Counted from the whole stretch's first letter, positions 11,560 to 24,203 are shown. The stretch is 60,978 nt of DNA, filler included, from Sphacelaria rigidula (GCA_964200075.2; 6 parts of 6 records of this genome joined end to end with filler, not necessarily neighbours in it), one strand, 5' to 3'. Notes: generated from the sequence alone by a model not told the origin. A program made the numbers and translations.

Positions 11560-14196
11560 TTGGGAATCGCACAACACCCAGCGTTTCCGAATCACCGACG
11601 GTGTACTTTTACGTGTGTGACCGCTTGTAACACTTCGCCGTCACCCTCTTTACATTTTGATAACGCTTCTACTCCAAACCCCATTGTCGACCACAGGTCC
11701 ACAGTCGGGCCCCAACAACCTTCAACAACAAACCGCGGCAATATATTTTCTTTCACTCAGCCAGTGTACCATCACCACTTAACAAAATCCTCGTCGGCCA
11801 GCGTGGGTTCTCGCTTGTCGTGTGGGTGCGCTAGCGTTGACCGTTCTGTCATGACGGGTTCCATGACAGCACAGTCCTGTGCAACATTGCATGACTCCCA
11901 AATGCGTAATGACCAACCCCAGTGTTTTCATACTGGATCTGATCACCCAGTTGTATTTCTGAGTGGTAGTAATCAATGCCAGTTCGATCCGATCGCCCCA
12001 CGGGATCGGCAGTCGTGTAGCATAGCGCCTACCGCCTTAGAAGCAGGTACATCTTCTGATACGGTAGCTGTTACCCCTACGACCGTTCATCGTAGGATGC
12101 AACGTTTACAGAGACTCCCCAGCCCCGAGAAGGACTCAGGAGTCCAATCGACCCCAGTAACACATGCGTGCGAAATTCCGCGTGTGCCCGGTCCCCTTTC
12201 ATTTGGTGAGCGTAATTCTTCGTGCAATACGCGCGCCAGTGCCGAACCCTTGCTTTCCGTAGCTCAGCGGGTTGGGAAGGAACCCCAAGCGACAGTGCCG
12301 ACCAAGCGCCACACGTGTAGTCACGAACGGACTGACCTTGCCAGCTTCCCAAAGGCCCCTGGAACAGCCGGCTCTAGAGTGCGCTATACGCGACACCAGG
12401 AGAGGGCTCTTGCGGATGAAACTGTAAATAAACCTGTAGTTGCCGCTGCATCCGCCTACCAAGAAGGTGCCCGGGTGCCGGGCACAGCGGATGAAAGCCT
12501 TGTCGTAGAACAGGTCGGTGTTTCCCAGATCCCGAACAGATCAGCACCGCTTCCTGCCGACCCCTCGGAATCTATGGTGAAGAACAAAGTAGCGTTGACA
12601 TCTGTTGGAACAGTAAACCCGCTACGCCCTGCATGTAAATCTCATGGTGCCGGACAAACCCCGGCTGTGCCGTCCGAATTGCAGTCCGATCAGGACTGTT
12701 CCTCCCCTGCTTCTCACAGCTCCAGACAATTATTACAAACATCCAAATCCACTTCTTTTCCTAGGCGTCGTCCATCCCTGACTGTGTACGAAATACAACT
12801 TTCGTCTACTGCACCATACGCCCTAAAAAAAAACCCGTGCCATGACGACCCTTCGGAGAACACATTCGTTCCGGAGGATCAATCTCGAGTCTATTTTAAT
12901 ACCATTGCCCAACAACACAAGAGCGATGTGCCTACAGATCAATTATCGGAATTTGGACCGGACTTGGTCAGTGGAACTACACTCATGGATGACGCCTCCT
13001 TCACAACCCGAATAGGTATACATAGTGGAGTACATGCAACACGCCCTTTGATAGCCGTTGCACTGCCCGACACTGGCTCGCCACAAACTTTCGTCACAGC
13101 CAGCTGCTGGCAACACATAATGAACACTGGAGCAGCAGACAAATATTGCCTTTCTACTGTTCCCCCTCGTGTATTTGGCGGGTTTGGTGCTTCCACTCCC
13201 CCTACGGTTGAACAACCAGTAAGACTCAGTGTGCAATTCTTCGATGACACGGGTCCCACTGCACGATTATCTTTGTGGGTACTCATTGTGCCCGATGGTT
13301 CCATGTCGGTTGATGTTCTCTTGGGACGTGATAGCTGGTCGCGTTTTTCCACACATACATACACGACAAACGCACCTGTCTTGAACCGACCACTGACAGG
13401 CAGATTAAAACTTGGACATCACGACGCTGATCCAGGGGCTCAGGCCTATGTCGATGACCCAACACAAGCAGGCGATGCTACTCAACTGTATTATGTTGGA
13501 GACCACGTCGTCTCTCTGTCCCGTAAACCTCAACACATCCATGTGAATCTTGCGAGACGGAACGGATCCCCCGCCCTCACTGGACAGTACTTGGTCGACT
13601 TAACCAATCCCAACCAAACCCCAGACAGTATTCCCCCCTTTGATCAGACCGACGTACTTGTCCATGAGAGTTGGCAATCCATTCCTCTCACGTCCTCTGC
13701 ATGTCTCGATGTCCTTCCTGGTCAGTTGTTGGGTTTTGCTCGAGCGCCCCTCCTACGGGCAGCCTTGTCGAATGTATGTCTGAAGGTGCCACCGCAAGCA
13801 TCATCAGACAGCTCAGAGACAAACGGTTCCACTTCGTTCGATAAGACTGACCCCATGGTTGTAGCCGAATCGACTGATACGCCTGACACAAAATCTCCGA
13901 CTGTCTTACTAGATACATTCTCCCCAGAGCAACGTGTTAGTTTTCAACGATTATGGGATGGAATTCCCCCCCATTTGAGACACATTGCGTTTGATTTATC
14001 TGGTGAGGGTTGGACACCCCCGGTGATTGATCGGTTGCGCTCCATCTTTATACGATACTCTGAACGGTTTCCCAAATCGTCAACAGATTTAGGCCGCTGC
14101 AACACTATACCGTTCAAAATCAACATTCCTGATGGTACGACACCTATCGCCATGCGTCCGTACCGTACGAACCCTCTTCTAGCGGGTACAATTTAA
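11560..14196 (+). pseudogene. Gypsy pol N-terminal part: long S/P/T-rich linker, aspartic protease and start of RT; ends at an in-frame TAA
   Basis: ALPDTGSPQTF protease motif, DVLLGRD, then DLGRC...PIAMRPYR; the same frame resumes after the stop (VNLDEYLSAGLIRHS). Confidence 0.85.
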
Positions 14197-14700
14197 GTAA
14201 ATCTCGACGAATACTTGTCCGCCGGGTTAATACGGCACTCAGCGTCTCCGTGGGCCTCACCTTTGGCAGTCGCCCGGAAGAAGAATGGTAAGATCCGACT
14301 GACCGTCAATTATCAACAATTGAACGCAGTCACCAAAATCACACGTCTACCTCTTCCCCGGATAGATGAAATCATCGACTCTCTCGGCGGAGGCAAAGTT
14401 TTTTCGAACTTCGACATGCAGCTCGGTTACCACCAAGTGGTGATGGATCCGCACTCTATCGAGCTGACGGCGTTTTGCACCTCGTCAGAACTATATGAGT
14501 GGCTGGTCACTCCACAAGGTGCCGCCGGCGCCCCAGGCGCGTTTCAACGTGTGATATTTCGCGTCATTGATGGCCTGTCCAAATGCTGCATGTATCTCGA
14601 CGATGCGGTGGTTCACGGCAGTACACCTGCTGAACACGTCAAACATTTGGCGTTCTTCTTTTCTCGTTTTGAACAACACAATTTGAAGCCCGACACCTTC
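14197..14700 (+). pseudogene. Reverse transcriptase core, truncated; RNase H deleted
   Basis: SPWASP, RLTVNYQQLN, LPRIDE, GYHQ, TAF, PQG and YLDD (14593-14604); homology ends after NLKP. Confidence 0.92.
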
Positions 14701-15219
14701 CAAACCACCTCCGCCCACCATAGTCGAAACCTCGACTGTGCCTCCTCCACCCCGTGATGGTACCACCTCCGGTACCACACCATCCGACACCCTCCACAAC
14801 GTAGAAATAGAGGTGAACGTTCCGTTTGAGAATACACTGACCACCCCCTCTGACCTTGATCCAAATAACGCCTTGTGTCCATCCCACAGCGATTCGATCC
14901 CCTGCGTCTTGAACAACCCCTCCGACAGTGTATTCAAGGAACTGATCCTCTTTTCTCACGCCGATTGGGCCCGGGAACAGCAAGCTGAACCTGCTTGTAG
15001 AGCAGCTATACATTATCTATCCAATGGATGCACCTCCTCCTTTCCAGAAGCTGAGTTCCTTTTGCCAGTAGGGCCCCACCGAGCCCCCACACAGGATGAA
15101 GTTACTGAATTATTGCGTAAAGGCATGATTTATACGGATGATGATGGCGTTGTTCTTTTAGTTCACTGCCCCCCCACGAAACCTCCTGGAGGGAAACCTA
15201 CAAGTAGTAGTCACGCCAT

Positions 15220-16932
15220 TTGTTGGGTGATGCCCCCGTACGTATTTATGTTCCGACGCTTCTGCGTCCATGGGTTCTCCATGAACGCCACTCACAAGCA
15301 TCCACACATCTGGGCGTCGCTAGGACCTCCCAGATGCTTCAGCGTTATTTATTGTGGATTTGTATGAACCAATGTGTGCGTTGGTGGGTTTGGCGGTGTC
15401 TTCTTTGCCGAACACGCAAAACTTCGCGCCAAACAGTTAGATGGCCGGTAATCTCTATGTCCCTCCCCAATGGGCCTGGTGAAATAGTTTCATGGGACTA
15501 CTTTGGCCCCCTGCCCCTCACTGACAGCGGTAACAAGTACATTTTGTTGTTTACGGATCGGTTCAGTCGACATGCTGTGATGAATGCTGTTTCGGAGGCC
15601 AACTATAGTGCAGAAGGGACTGCCAACGTCCTTGTGTACACATATATCCCTCAGTGGGGTGTCCCCAGACGTCTGTTATCCGATAACGGCCCACATTTTG
15701 CCGACAAACTTTCTGCCGCGATCAGAAATCTCCTGGGTGCCCATCGCATTTTTACTAGTTCATACCATCCGTCCACAAACGGTGGGACCGAACGACTTAA
15801 TCACACGATGGCGCAAATGCTTGCCACAGTGACCAATGAGCGACAAACGGACTGGAACATGCACTTACCCCTTGTCCAAATGAACTACAACAACTCCGTC
15901 AATGCCGCCACAGGCTTGGCTCCCAATGAAGTTCATATTGGTCGTATGCCCAGGTTGCCATTGACAGTGTTCGACAGGAAACCCCCTGGTGGTCATCAGA
16001 GTTTGGATCGGGATATTGTGGAGTATCATGTGCCTGTTAGTAATCGTCTTTGTCTTGCATATGAGGTGGTACGGGAGCAGAACTTGATCAACGCAGCAAA
16101 GGTAGCTAAGGCAAACAGCATGTTGGATAATGCAGTGAATTACCGTCCGGTGTGGAAAGTAGGTGAATGGGCATGGGTGTATTACGATGTGAGAACTGTA
16201 ACCCAAGGTGCAAGCTTTGCCAAGTCGTCGTCGGATAAGGTGTTGAAGTCGAAGCTTTGCTTGAATTGGACTGGTCCTTGGAAGATTTCGGCAGTTGGGC
16301 CCTGTGATACCGCCCCTGACGATATGCCAATAGGTGAGAAGCTTTTGTATTTGTATTTCCCCACGGATGAGCCTGGCGTCAAACCCAAAAACCGGGTCTT
16401 GATGCTTCGGTGCAAGCCGTGTCTGCCCCCTCACGACACTAGTGATATGCCCAAGCAATTGCCTATGGGGCTCAATCAGTTTATGCTAACCATGTCTGCG
16501 TCGAAAACCCCACCGTACCACATGACGGTTGAAGACGCTGACGGTCCTCTTGAACGTGTAGTGGTTGATCGCATCTCGGGCCATCAGTTAGTCCGAGGTC
16601 GAGGTGGTAAAATTGCGGTTATGTATCAGACTCACTGGAAAGGCCTCATGCGTGTTACGTGGGAACGGGAGGAGGATTTGCGTCATTTTCGAAGAGAGAT
16701 ACTTTCATATTGGGTCGGAGATGTCGGCCAACACCGCCCGTTGAACAAACGATATAGGTCTATGCGAAAAGGCGCAGAGCTCGTGAACTGGCCCGAGAAC
16801 ACTCGGCACGATTTGTCATTTCGGGCTATAGTCTCATTTCTCGTTCGCAATACCTGCGCTCTTTTTCGAAGAAACGTTTGCCGAAAGGTGCATATTTTTG
16901 GTACAGGGCTATGGATTCGCGGTGGTGGCTAA
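15220..16932 (+). pseudogene. Gypsy integrase (HHCC, DDE, GPW) plus chromodomain, frameshifted
   Basis: H..H..CLLC zinc finger; SWDYFG, LSDNG, NGGTE with D-35-E spacing; WTGPW; VDRISGHQ...YQTHWKG...TWEREEDL chromodomain at ~16555-16690. Confidence 0.92.
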
Positions 16933-17144
16933 GAAAGATTCACTTGATAGATCCTGAGGCGGACGATTCGTACTACATCCGCTTCCTCGATGACCCGGGT
17001 CCTCTCAAGCTCCGTCTCAACGACGATTACTACACCGAGATGCCGACCGCTCGCCGAGGATCTTGGTGCCTACAACGACACGACAAGGAGGACATCGACA
17101 CAGCTGTCTTGCGCAACCCCGACACGGCGTGGGATACGGAATAA
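16878..17144 (+). pseudogene. Frameshifted C-terminal tail of pol, Tudor/Agenet/SH3-barrel-like
   Basis: GAYFWYRAMDSRWWLRKIH...YYIRFLDDPG aromatic pattern. Confidence 0.5.
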
Positions 17145-18977
17145 TCTTGATGGCGAATTTGCGTTCCTTCTGATTTTATTCGTGTTTTTTTAAATCCCCC
17201 CTGTTTTTATTTTTATTTTTCCTTGTCTTGTCGTTGGTGTCATTTCCTCAAGTACCGTTGCGAGTCAGTTGTCTTCGTTTGTCCCTACCGCCCATCGTAG
17301 TCCCCCTGGTCTCGCCGTGTTTTTTTTTGTAGTTTCTTTTCTGCTTCCCCTTGCCCTCTCGTGGTCTCGTTTCCCTGAACAACGTGTAGCCCGGTAGCCC
17401 ACGTTTCCCTCGGCAGTACCCAGTAGCCGCGTATGTCGGTGTTCTGTAGTGAACCGTGCCGCTTATGCCTGTTCCTGTATGCAGCTTTTGTGTTTCGTTT
17501 CTTTTTTGTTAGCACTTGTTTTTTTACTTTTTACTTTTTTTTCTTGTTTTTCTTTGTTTTCTTTTTCTTTTTGTTCTGCCCTGTGTCCCCTTCTTCCTAC
17601 CTTGCATGGTCCCCTGTTTTCCTTATTTTTGTCTTTGGTTTTTCCTTTCGTATTCGGAGGCGGACGACGCACCCCGTTAGTATTCTCCAACACGCCCCGT
17701 ACCAACCCCTTCCCGGGGCACATACCCGATGTGTGCGATTGTCCAACCACGTCCGCCATCAACCTCCCCAACGGACTGGTTCTTTCGGTGTACCCTGTTA
17801 TTCGTTTCCCCCCCACTCTTTTTTCGTTTTTGTGTTTGGTTTTTTTTATAGCTTAATACCGTTGGACTCACGTCCAACAAGCCCTCTCCTTGAGTACCGT
17901 CGCAAATTCTGTGAAATTGCTCGCTGTATTAGGTGTCCCATGTTCGGGGATATTTCTCTTGGATTATGTTCAGTTCCGCTGCTACACCAGTCCGCCGAAA
18001 CAAAAAGAAACATTCGTTTTGTTTTTCGCAGTCTCGAGGGCGTACATCCGGTCCGCCGCTTCGGAAATCAGTAGGGTGGTTCGTTATTGTTGTAGGGTTA
18101 TTGCTGGCGAATTATCGCGTTGATGTGCTCGGCGGGAGTTTATTCTCCCGTTTGTATGCCCACCCTCTCGATTTTATCGTCTGAACGGGCATGTATCTAA
18201 GAGCGGACGGCATCGTCCCCTCTTTCTGTGTATACTTGCCGTGGTTCACCACGAACGCATCGGGTTACCCGCCTTGGATTTATTTCCTACGGTTGTGTGT
18301 TATTCGTTGACGCTTTGTGAGACGATACGGGCACCTTTTCAATTCGATGGGCCGCCCTTCATCGTCACGTTGGTGCATCATATTGCCTCACGGCTGCATG
18401 TTGATTTTGGTTTCCGGTGTCTTTCGCTCAGCGATTTTCTTTTCCCGCTTGAGCATTCAACACCGTCGCGTTCTACTAATGAAAGAAGTGTACGATCGTT
18501 TGTGCTTGCCCGGTACTGTGAAACGCCTTGGCGGGCTGCTTACCAAACTCTGACAGCGGAACTGAACGTCTAATGAGACATGATTTCCCCTTCGCATGAT
18601 AGCAGTCAAGCTTTATATCAAGGTTTTGTAGCGGATGGACTACCGGCTTGTTTTTGTTTTGCTGCTTTAGTTTTTTTTATGGCGGATTCGTCCTAGATTC
18701 CTGGATATTCGTAGCTTCTGGCGCTATGTTTCCGGAGGTTGCCGTTTCTTCCGTTTTTCACACCCTTCGGATTTTTTCTTCTTCTCCATATATCGTGTCG
18801 CCCTCTACGTCCCCGTCACAGTACTCCCCCCTGAACGTGTCTCACCTTTTATTTTTATTATAGTATCTTGCTTTATTTCTTTTATTTGGTTCTGTGGTGT
18901 GGGGAAATGGAATGTGTGGGTAAAGCAACCTCGTTTCACTGCGTTCTCCTGCGATTGCTTTACCCATTGGAGGCTAG

Positions 18978-19664
18978 TGTGATATGATGTGACTGCAAGA
19001 CGTAGCCATGATCTTGGGCAAAGTCATATTGAATGATGGGACATTTTCATGCTCAATTAGCGGAGAATTCGCTGCCCCTTGAGGTTGACGTTCTACGGAG
19101 AGCATGTATTTGAATTCGAAAAAAGATAGTGACCTAACCATGGCATGAATTGACGAGCACGCCTTTTGGGCTTGTATGGTATGACCTTAGCTACGTTGAT
19201 TTAGGGGGCGGCAAAGCGCGTTCAAAATAGTAGCCCCTACGATCACTCTCTCTTCTCATCTCGGTTTTCGGCTGCGATTCACCAGTTTCCCCAATGGAGT
19301 ATCTACAAACCGCGAGAAAGTGAGTCCCAGAGATAAGAGCAGTAGTCGGGCTGCTGTTTTGTCTGGTGTGTTTTATTGATTAAACCTTAGGCCTGTTTCG
19401 GTTTGTGTTGTATTCATGTTCTGTAACTGAGCTGTAGATGAAGCTCGGATACAATCAATTGTGTGAAACAAAAACAGTGCTACTCTTGTCTGTAATTGCT
19501 TATTGTCTCTTTGTGTGAAAGCAACACGAGAGCGACTGTGGTCAGCCCGCGCTGTTGAGCTGAGTAAACAAACAACGTACGCAGAGGTCTCTGAACCTGG
19601 AACCATCTTGGTGAACACCACCATTACACCCTTCTCAAGGTGCCTTCACCTTTTTCACATCACA
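18978..19664 (+). repeat. Probable 3' LTR of the Gypsy element (could be an unrelated solo LTR)
   Basis: Starts TGTGATATGA and ends TCACATCACA (9/10 inverted match); weak purine tract ggaggctag upstream; no partner LTR in this contig. Confidence 0.55.
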
Positions 19665-19679
19665 GGGGTTGGGGGGGAA

Positions 19680-20070
19680 GGGGGTACTCATGATCTTCCA
19701 TGCCGTACTCACGAGACCATTGACCTCGCCGAACCAAGCTCACGAGACGGAACATACTGTTTTTTTCGCCGAACCAAGCTCGCAGTCACCGAGCACGAGG
19801 CGCCGTGATGTGTTCGGCAAGTCGCATGGAGGGTGAGCTACATCCTACTACGATTGCTCGGCCCGAAGCGCACTCATCATCTTGCATTTGGATGACAGCC
19901 TCGAATGAGGTGCTTCATTTCCTTGTGTTGCCACTTCCAGAGACGGTCACGTGTTAGACACTACCTCACGGTGCTTCCCGTTCAACATCATCTTTGAGGA
20001 TGATGACGAATCTACCAATCACAGGACGTGCCACTCGGCCGTAGGGCCTGCAACGAACCATAACCGCCAC
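19680..20070 (+). repeat. Dispersed repeat family starting GGGGG-GTACTCATGATC; copies at 55000-55390 (long), 30372-30440, 21470-21507 (-) and 52315-52358 (-)
   Basis: Shared gtactcatgatcatgcatgccatagtcataagacc terminus; 19800-20000 aligns with 55127-55310 (cgccgt-atgtgttcggc-agtc...ggcccgaagcg...cagcctcgaatga). Confidence 0.8.
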
Positions 20071-20187
20071 AGTCAGGTCTGCTGCGCAGATGTGCGGATT
20101 TTTTCCGGCGCTGCTTTTTACGCATCGCCACTGATAAGGTTGATGGACAACCTTGCACGCACAAAACGCCTAGAAAATACAGGATCA

Positions 20188-20260
20188 AACAGCCGTTTTT
20201 CGAAAATGGGGTTGAAAAAACAAATGAGGTTCAACTCAAAAGCCGTGCTTTCCCTGACCT
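20188..20260. mobile_element. End of an AACAG-family MITE cut by the contig end; same at 50736-50799, related at 60915-60978, 40567-40620 and 40721-40772
   Basis: aacagccg-ttttcgaaaatggggttgaaaaaa-aaatgaggttcaactcaaaagccgtgcttt matches the left arm of 3613-4033. Confidence 0.8.
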
Positions 20261-20494
20261 NNNNNNNNNNNNNNNNNNNNNNNNNNNNNNNNNNNNNNNN
20301 NNNNTTAATTAATTAANNNNNNNNNNNNNNNNNNNNNNNNNNNNNNNNNNNNNNNNNNNNAAACGACTAAGGCGAGCAACAAGTGAAAACGCCCCCTCTC
20401 CCCCACCCCCCCAGCCACTGGAACCCCCCGGATATCTCAGGACTGTCAGCCAGTAAAAGTGTTCCAAGGCGACGCTCGCCGTCTGAGGGTTGAT

Positions 20495-20620
20495 CTCTGT
20501 TATCCTGTCGAAAACAGGGGAGGAAATTGAAAGTGAAGGGGGAGGGGGTGTCTTCTCGTAATGTTGCCTCCTGATCATATGACATGGCTTGGAAAGATTC
20601 TACCTTGCTCCAACCACGTT
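20495..20620 (+). repeat. Dispersed repeat, second copy at ~25690-25815
   Basis: cctgtcgaaaacaggg...aaattgaaagtga...gtctt...ttgcctc...atgac...ggcttggaaa in both. Confidence 0.65.
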
Positions 20621-20849
20621 CCTAAAAACACATCATTACTTCCGAGTCAGTTCTTCTCCTCGAACGGTATGGGGTCAAAACAGTGGTGTCACCTTCCGCG
20701 GTCGGTGTATCCACTCCCTCCCGTACTCAGGAGTCCTCGGGTGGGCCGAAGTCACCCAGAGGGCTTCGCGCACCCCATACTGTTGTATTGCACGTGAGCG
20801 GCTCCTGGTCGACACCGTTATTTTTGTTTTCCTCACACTTTGAACCCCT

Positions 20850-21113
20850 CCCCTTCCTCGGGACGAGTCCGTGGTCTCAAGGGATCATCCCATCTCTCCC
20901 CCGGTACACGCCTTGCGTTTTGGTCTCGCAGATTGGGTCAGCACTCCCGCGCCGCGTCAACTCACGTCAAACAAACTACTTTGTTTACTCACGTTCTCAT
21001 GCTCTCCACGGTGGAAATACGATATTGCGAAGAGAAAACCCAACGCATCGGGAATCGAACCCTCGTTCGCTCCAACTTAATGGTGACAGCTGGACCATTA
21101 CACCTCGTCGAGC
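20850..21113 (-). mobile_element. tRNA-derived SINE (Pol III head; 3' boundary uncertain, may extend to ~20640)
   Basis: Minus strand has A-box-like GGTGTAATGG (21095-21104) and B box GGTTCGATTCC (21051-21061), no complete cloverleaf, followed by a non-tRNA body. Confidence 0.7.
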
Positions 21114-21274
21114 TCTTTGTACTGGTCGTCAGTCATGCTCGGTACCATATCCGTTCCCTGTGGGCCCGGCGCTAGTACCTTCATCAGTCACATTTTTCGG
21201 CATGCTGTTTTCAATTTTCCAGCAAACTCTTTGAATAACCACCGACAATGAGTCACCGGCTGAAGCTCGTTTTA

Positions 21275-21976
21275 GCGCCCCCCACCTCGTGCTTCGCTCC
21301 GTCTCGAAAGGGATGCGTGGTCAATGGTCAAACGACTAAGGCAAGCAACCAAAGAAGACNNNNNNNNNNGTTTAAAGGGAAGCGGGGTAAATGGTCAAAC
21401 CAATAAGGAAAGCAAAAAAAGGGGCCCCCCCCCCCCCCCCCCGACACACACACACACACACACACACCTGATGACTATGGCATGCATGATCATGAGTACA
21501 CCCCCACACATCCCCACACCTCGCTTCGTCTCGAAAGCAGTAGACTTTATCACTTGGTTGTTGACAGATAGTTCTCGGAAATCTACGGCTTGTGGACAGG
21601 TGCAGCATCGGATTATAGTGTAGACACCGAAATCCGTATCTTTGAAGGGGGTGTGCTCCTGGCGTGCGCAGAACGTGTTCTTGTCTTCATCGGCGCCTGG
21701 GGCGCCGATTTGACGTCTGGCAACGTACACTTCGCCTTGGGAACACGTTGCACCCCCCTTGCCCGAGGGTTCTCGGTATGTCTTCGTTGGGGTTGAGGTA
21801 AGGGTTAGGGTTAGGGTTAGTGTTATTCGAAATGCATCAGCACCTGCACAAACCATAAATTTCCGAGAAATATCTATCAACTGCCAAGTGGTAAATTCAC
21901 CTCCTCGAAAGGGATGCGTGGTCAATGATCAAACGACTAAGGCAAGCGACAAATGAGTACGCCCCCCCTCCCCCCA
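21275..21976 (+). repeat. Tandem cluster of a short unit (ctcgaaagggatgcgtggtcaatg-tcaaacgactaaggcaagc...atgagtac-Cn); another copy at 20361-20410
   Basis: Unit at 21275-21358, partial at 21380-21440, and MITE-interrupted at 21500-21976. Confidence 0.7.
21538..21903. mobile_element. MITE with ~65-bp imperfect TIRs, perfect 8-bp TSD and internal (TTAGGG)n
   Basis: TSD CTCGAAAG at 21530-21537 and 21904-21911; empty site at 21303-21320; arms tttatcacttgg...ttctcggaaat...caggtgc / gcacctg...atttccgagaa...ccaagtggtaaa. Confidence 0.85.
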
Positions 21977-23130
21977 CCCGGATCTAAAAGAGTGCAATGA
22001 GCACTCGTCCATCTCACCATCGGGGTGCGCGTATTGATTTAACTCGGCTGACATTGTTGATGTTGTTGCCGGTAAAGAACCCCTCCAGGGCACATCTCCT
22101 TTTCCGGTCGAAACGTCTAAATACGAGTAGCCTCACTTCATGCCCCATCCTACTCATTTTCCGACGGCGACCAATCGTTATACTGCTCGTGCGGGCAGAG
22201 TGCAGCATACGTCGTCGTCATAAAATACCGTGAGTATGTGATGCACGCCATCACGGTAGGTTTTCCTTGACTGGCCCACTGAAAAATGAACATTGGTCCA
22301 CTCATGTTCGGGAGTCGGAGTATACGTCGGATGAGCGTAGCGTTCAACTCCCGTCCCCTCATTGTTGCACCAAAAGCTACGAAGTACTGTGAAAAAAAGG
22401 CGACGTCCCGAGTGAGCAACACTCTGTCTTCACACAGATGAAGTCATCTTGAGCCGGGATCCGCATCGGTGTCACTATGACCGCTGAACGGCTACGAAGA
22501 ATTGTGGGTGCTTGCTGAACCAGCACGCCCCCTTGTTTCTGCTCTGCTGTGGTGAACGCCACATGCTGAGCCATGGGCTCGCTGCGTAAAGGGTTGCCGA
22601 CCCGCAGAGTGCTGCTCCATGGTGCAACTATCACTGGTTCGTTCTCGAATACGGTTACCGATTTCGATACGTGATCTGTTTCGAAGAGAGTCGTGAGCGT
22701 ATCGTAGATTGCATCATCCGGCTTCTGTTGAGCAGGCAGACAGGTTGGTCGTGCCGACGGCGGTACAGTGTCTAGCATGCACAACACGGTTCTCCACCTA
22801 GACCCGCACAAATCCAACCGACATGAAAAAAATCGACGATGTCTCTAGGTTGTGTGCTTTCGATTCAAGAAATCGTTCGAGCTGACCGGGACTCGAGGAA
22901 CCTACCAAACAATTCGCATGTGATCGACCTGCTTCAAGTGCGACCGTTTTTCCGCCCAAGCGGTCGTGAACAACTGTACGTATCTCTGGTGAATGGCGTG
23001 TCCGTTTATCTTCTCTAGACCGGCAGTGTCTCGGCGGAGGTAATCGGAAACCGTACCGCCACCCGAGTGACAATAATGGTGTATCTCGTCATGCTCACCA
23101 CGAGTTGTAGGATGTACTACTGCGTTTTCT
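21977..23130 (-). pseudogene. Tyrosine recombinase of a DIRS-type retrotransposon with N-terminal ALOG-like domain; frameshifted and 3'-truncated
   Basis: Read across frameshifts: PRDIVDF..LDLCG..T.VHARHCTAVG...C...C.LRYAHDSLR...GNPLRSE..AQHVAFTTAEQKQGGVLVQQAP (ALOG-like); RDVAFF...TMRGREL (catalytic Arg box); KTYRDG; SLHSFRSG HxxR at 21977-22000; the Tyr box is missing. Confidence 0.85.
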
Positions 23131-23859
23131 TGATGCGGACACAAAGAGAAGCGGGCGAGAGCATCCTTGTTCGCCTCATTCTCCGTGTCCAGAGCTTAGC
23201 GTGCTCCGAGAAACTTTACTGCGAGACTGAGCGCCGTGCGTATAGTGTATAGCCCGCAAGGTCTGGTAATGATATTGCAACGATCAAATGTAGGTCGAGG
23301 GATGGAAAACGGGAAAACATTCGGTGATAAAGTAGATTATACTCTCGCAAATTTCACCTCAAATGCCAGCATCCCCCACTTCTTGAAGCAAAACGGCAGG
23401 GATGTGTGCAGAGGGAATCGCGTTTGTTTCTTCTCTTCTTGCTTTGAGATCAACAGTAAAACGAGTTTGACGCAAAGAAGGGCAAAGAAAATAGCTAATG
23501 CTGACGAGGAATCGAACCAACGTGTTCGCGTTGCAAAATCCATCGTCTTCCTCCCTCAGGAGCCATTTGAAAACAAATCCGCGGCTTGAAATCCGTGAAA
23601 ATTTCGCCACGGATTACGCTGTAAATCCGTAGCAGGAGCCATACTATGAATCCGTCCGGAGCGGAATGTGCGCAGATCGAGTCCTCGTACCTATTACTTT
23701 TTCGTGTCCGCTCTTTTATTGATGTTTTTTTTCGTTCTGACGCTACAGTCTTCAATCCGTAGAACCACGGTTTTATCCGTACATATCCCTGCAAAAAGGT
23801 TGCTGTCCCTCTTCAATGATGAACCCGGAAGAAAGGTGAAACCCCTCCTGGGATTGAAA

Positions 23860-24203
23860 ACCCCCAGATCTTACTGCGGCACTTGGCAGTAGGAGAAACC
23901 AGGATTGTTTCCGATCTGGGACTGCTACAACGGCCCGTGCCTTGCACTCCCCTGTGACAACACTCCAACCATCCTGGCCGGCGGAAAACAGAAACCGAAA
24001 CGCGTCCTGGGCGATCCAGGCATGCAACCCACGTCATGGGGCAAGACGGCAACTCTTGCACATCCCTGCGTATGGTACCGAGAGTAGAAAAATAGGTCGA
24101 CCTCTGTACATTGCCCCGCGTCCCAGGGCCGATGAACCGGGGCGGGGGTGACCCTCGAGTCTACACCGAAGTCGCCAGCCCAGCCGCACGAATTTCCGAA
24201 CAC
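23860..24203 (-). pseudogene. DIRS-type DNA N6-adenine methyltransferase domain remnant
   Basis: WAGDFGVD...FYSRYHTQGCARVAVLPHDV...FGFCFPPARMVG, then frameshifted ECKARAVVAVPDRKQSWFLLL; lies upstream of the recombinase on the same strand. Confidence 0.75.

Larger units (their letters stand above)
10490..19664 (+). mobile_element. Decayed Ty3/Gypsy (chromodomain-bearing) LTR retrotransposon; no gag or matching 5' LTR found, left boundary approximate
   Basis: Order protease-RT-integrase-chromodomain, long T-rich 3' region, candidate 3' LTR. Confidence 0.85.

Noticed and set aside
17433-18074. Phe-rich ORF as env or membrane protein
   Set aside because: Comes from T-rich low-complexity 3' sequence; no env features
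21790-21825. Telomere
   Set aside because: Only about three TTAGGG units, inside a MITE
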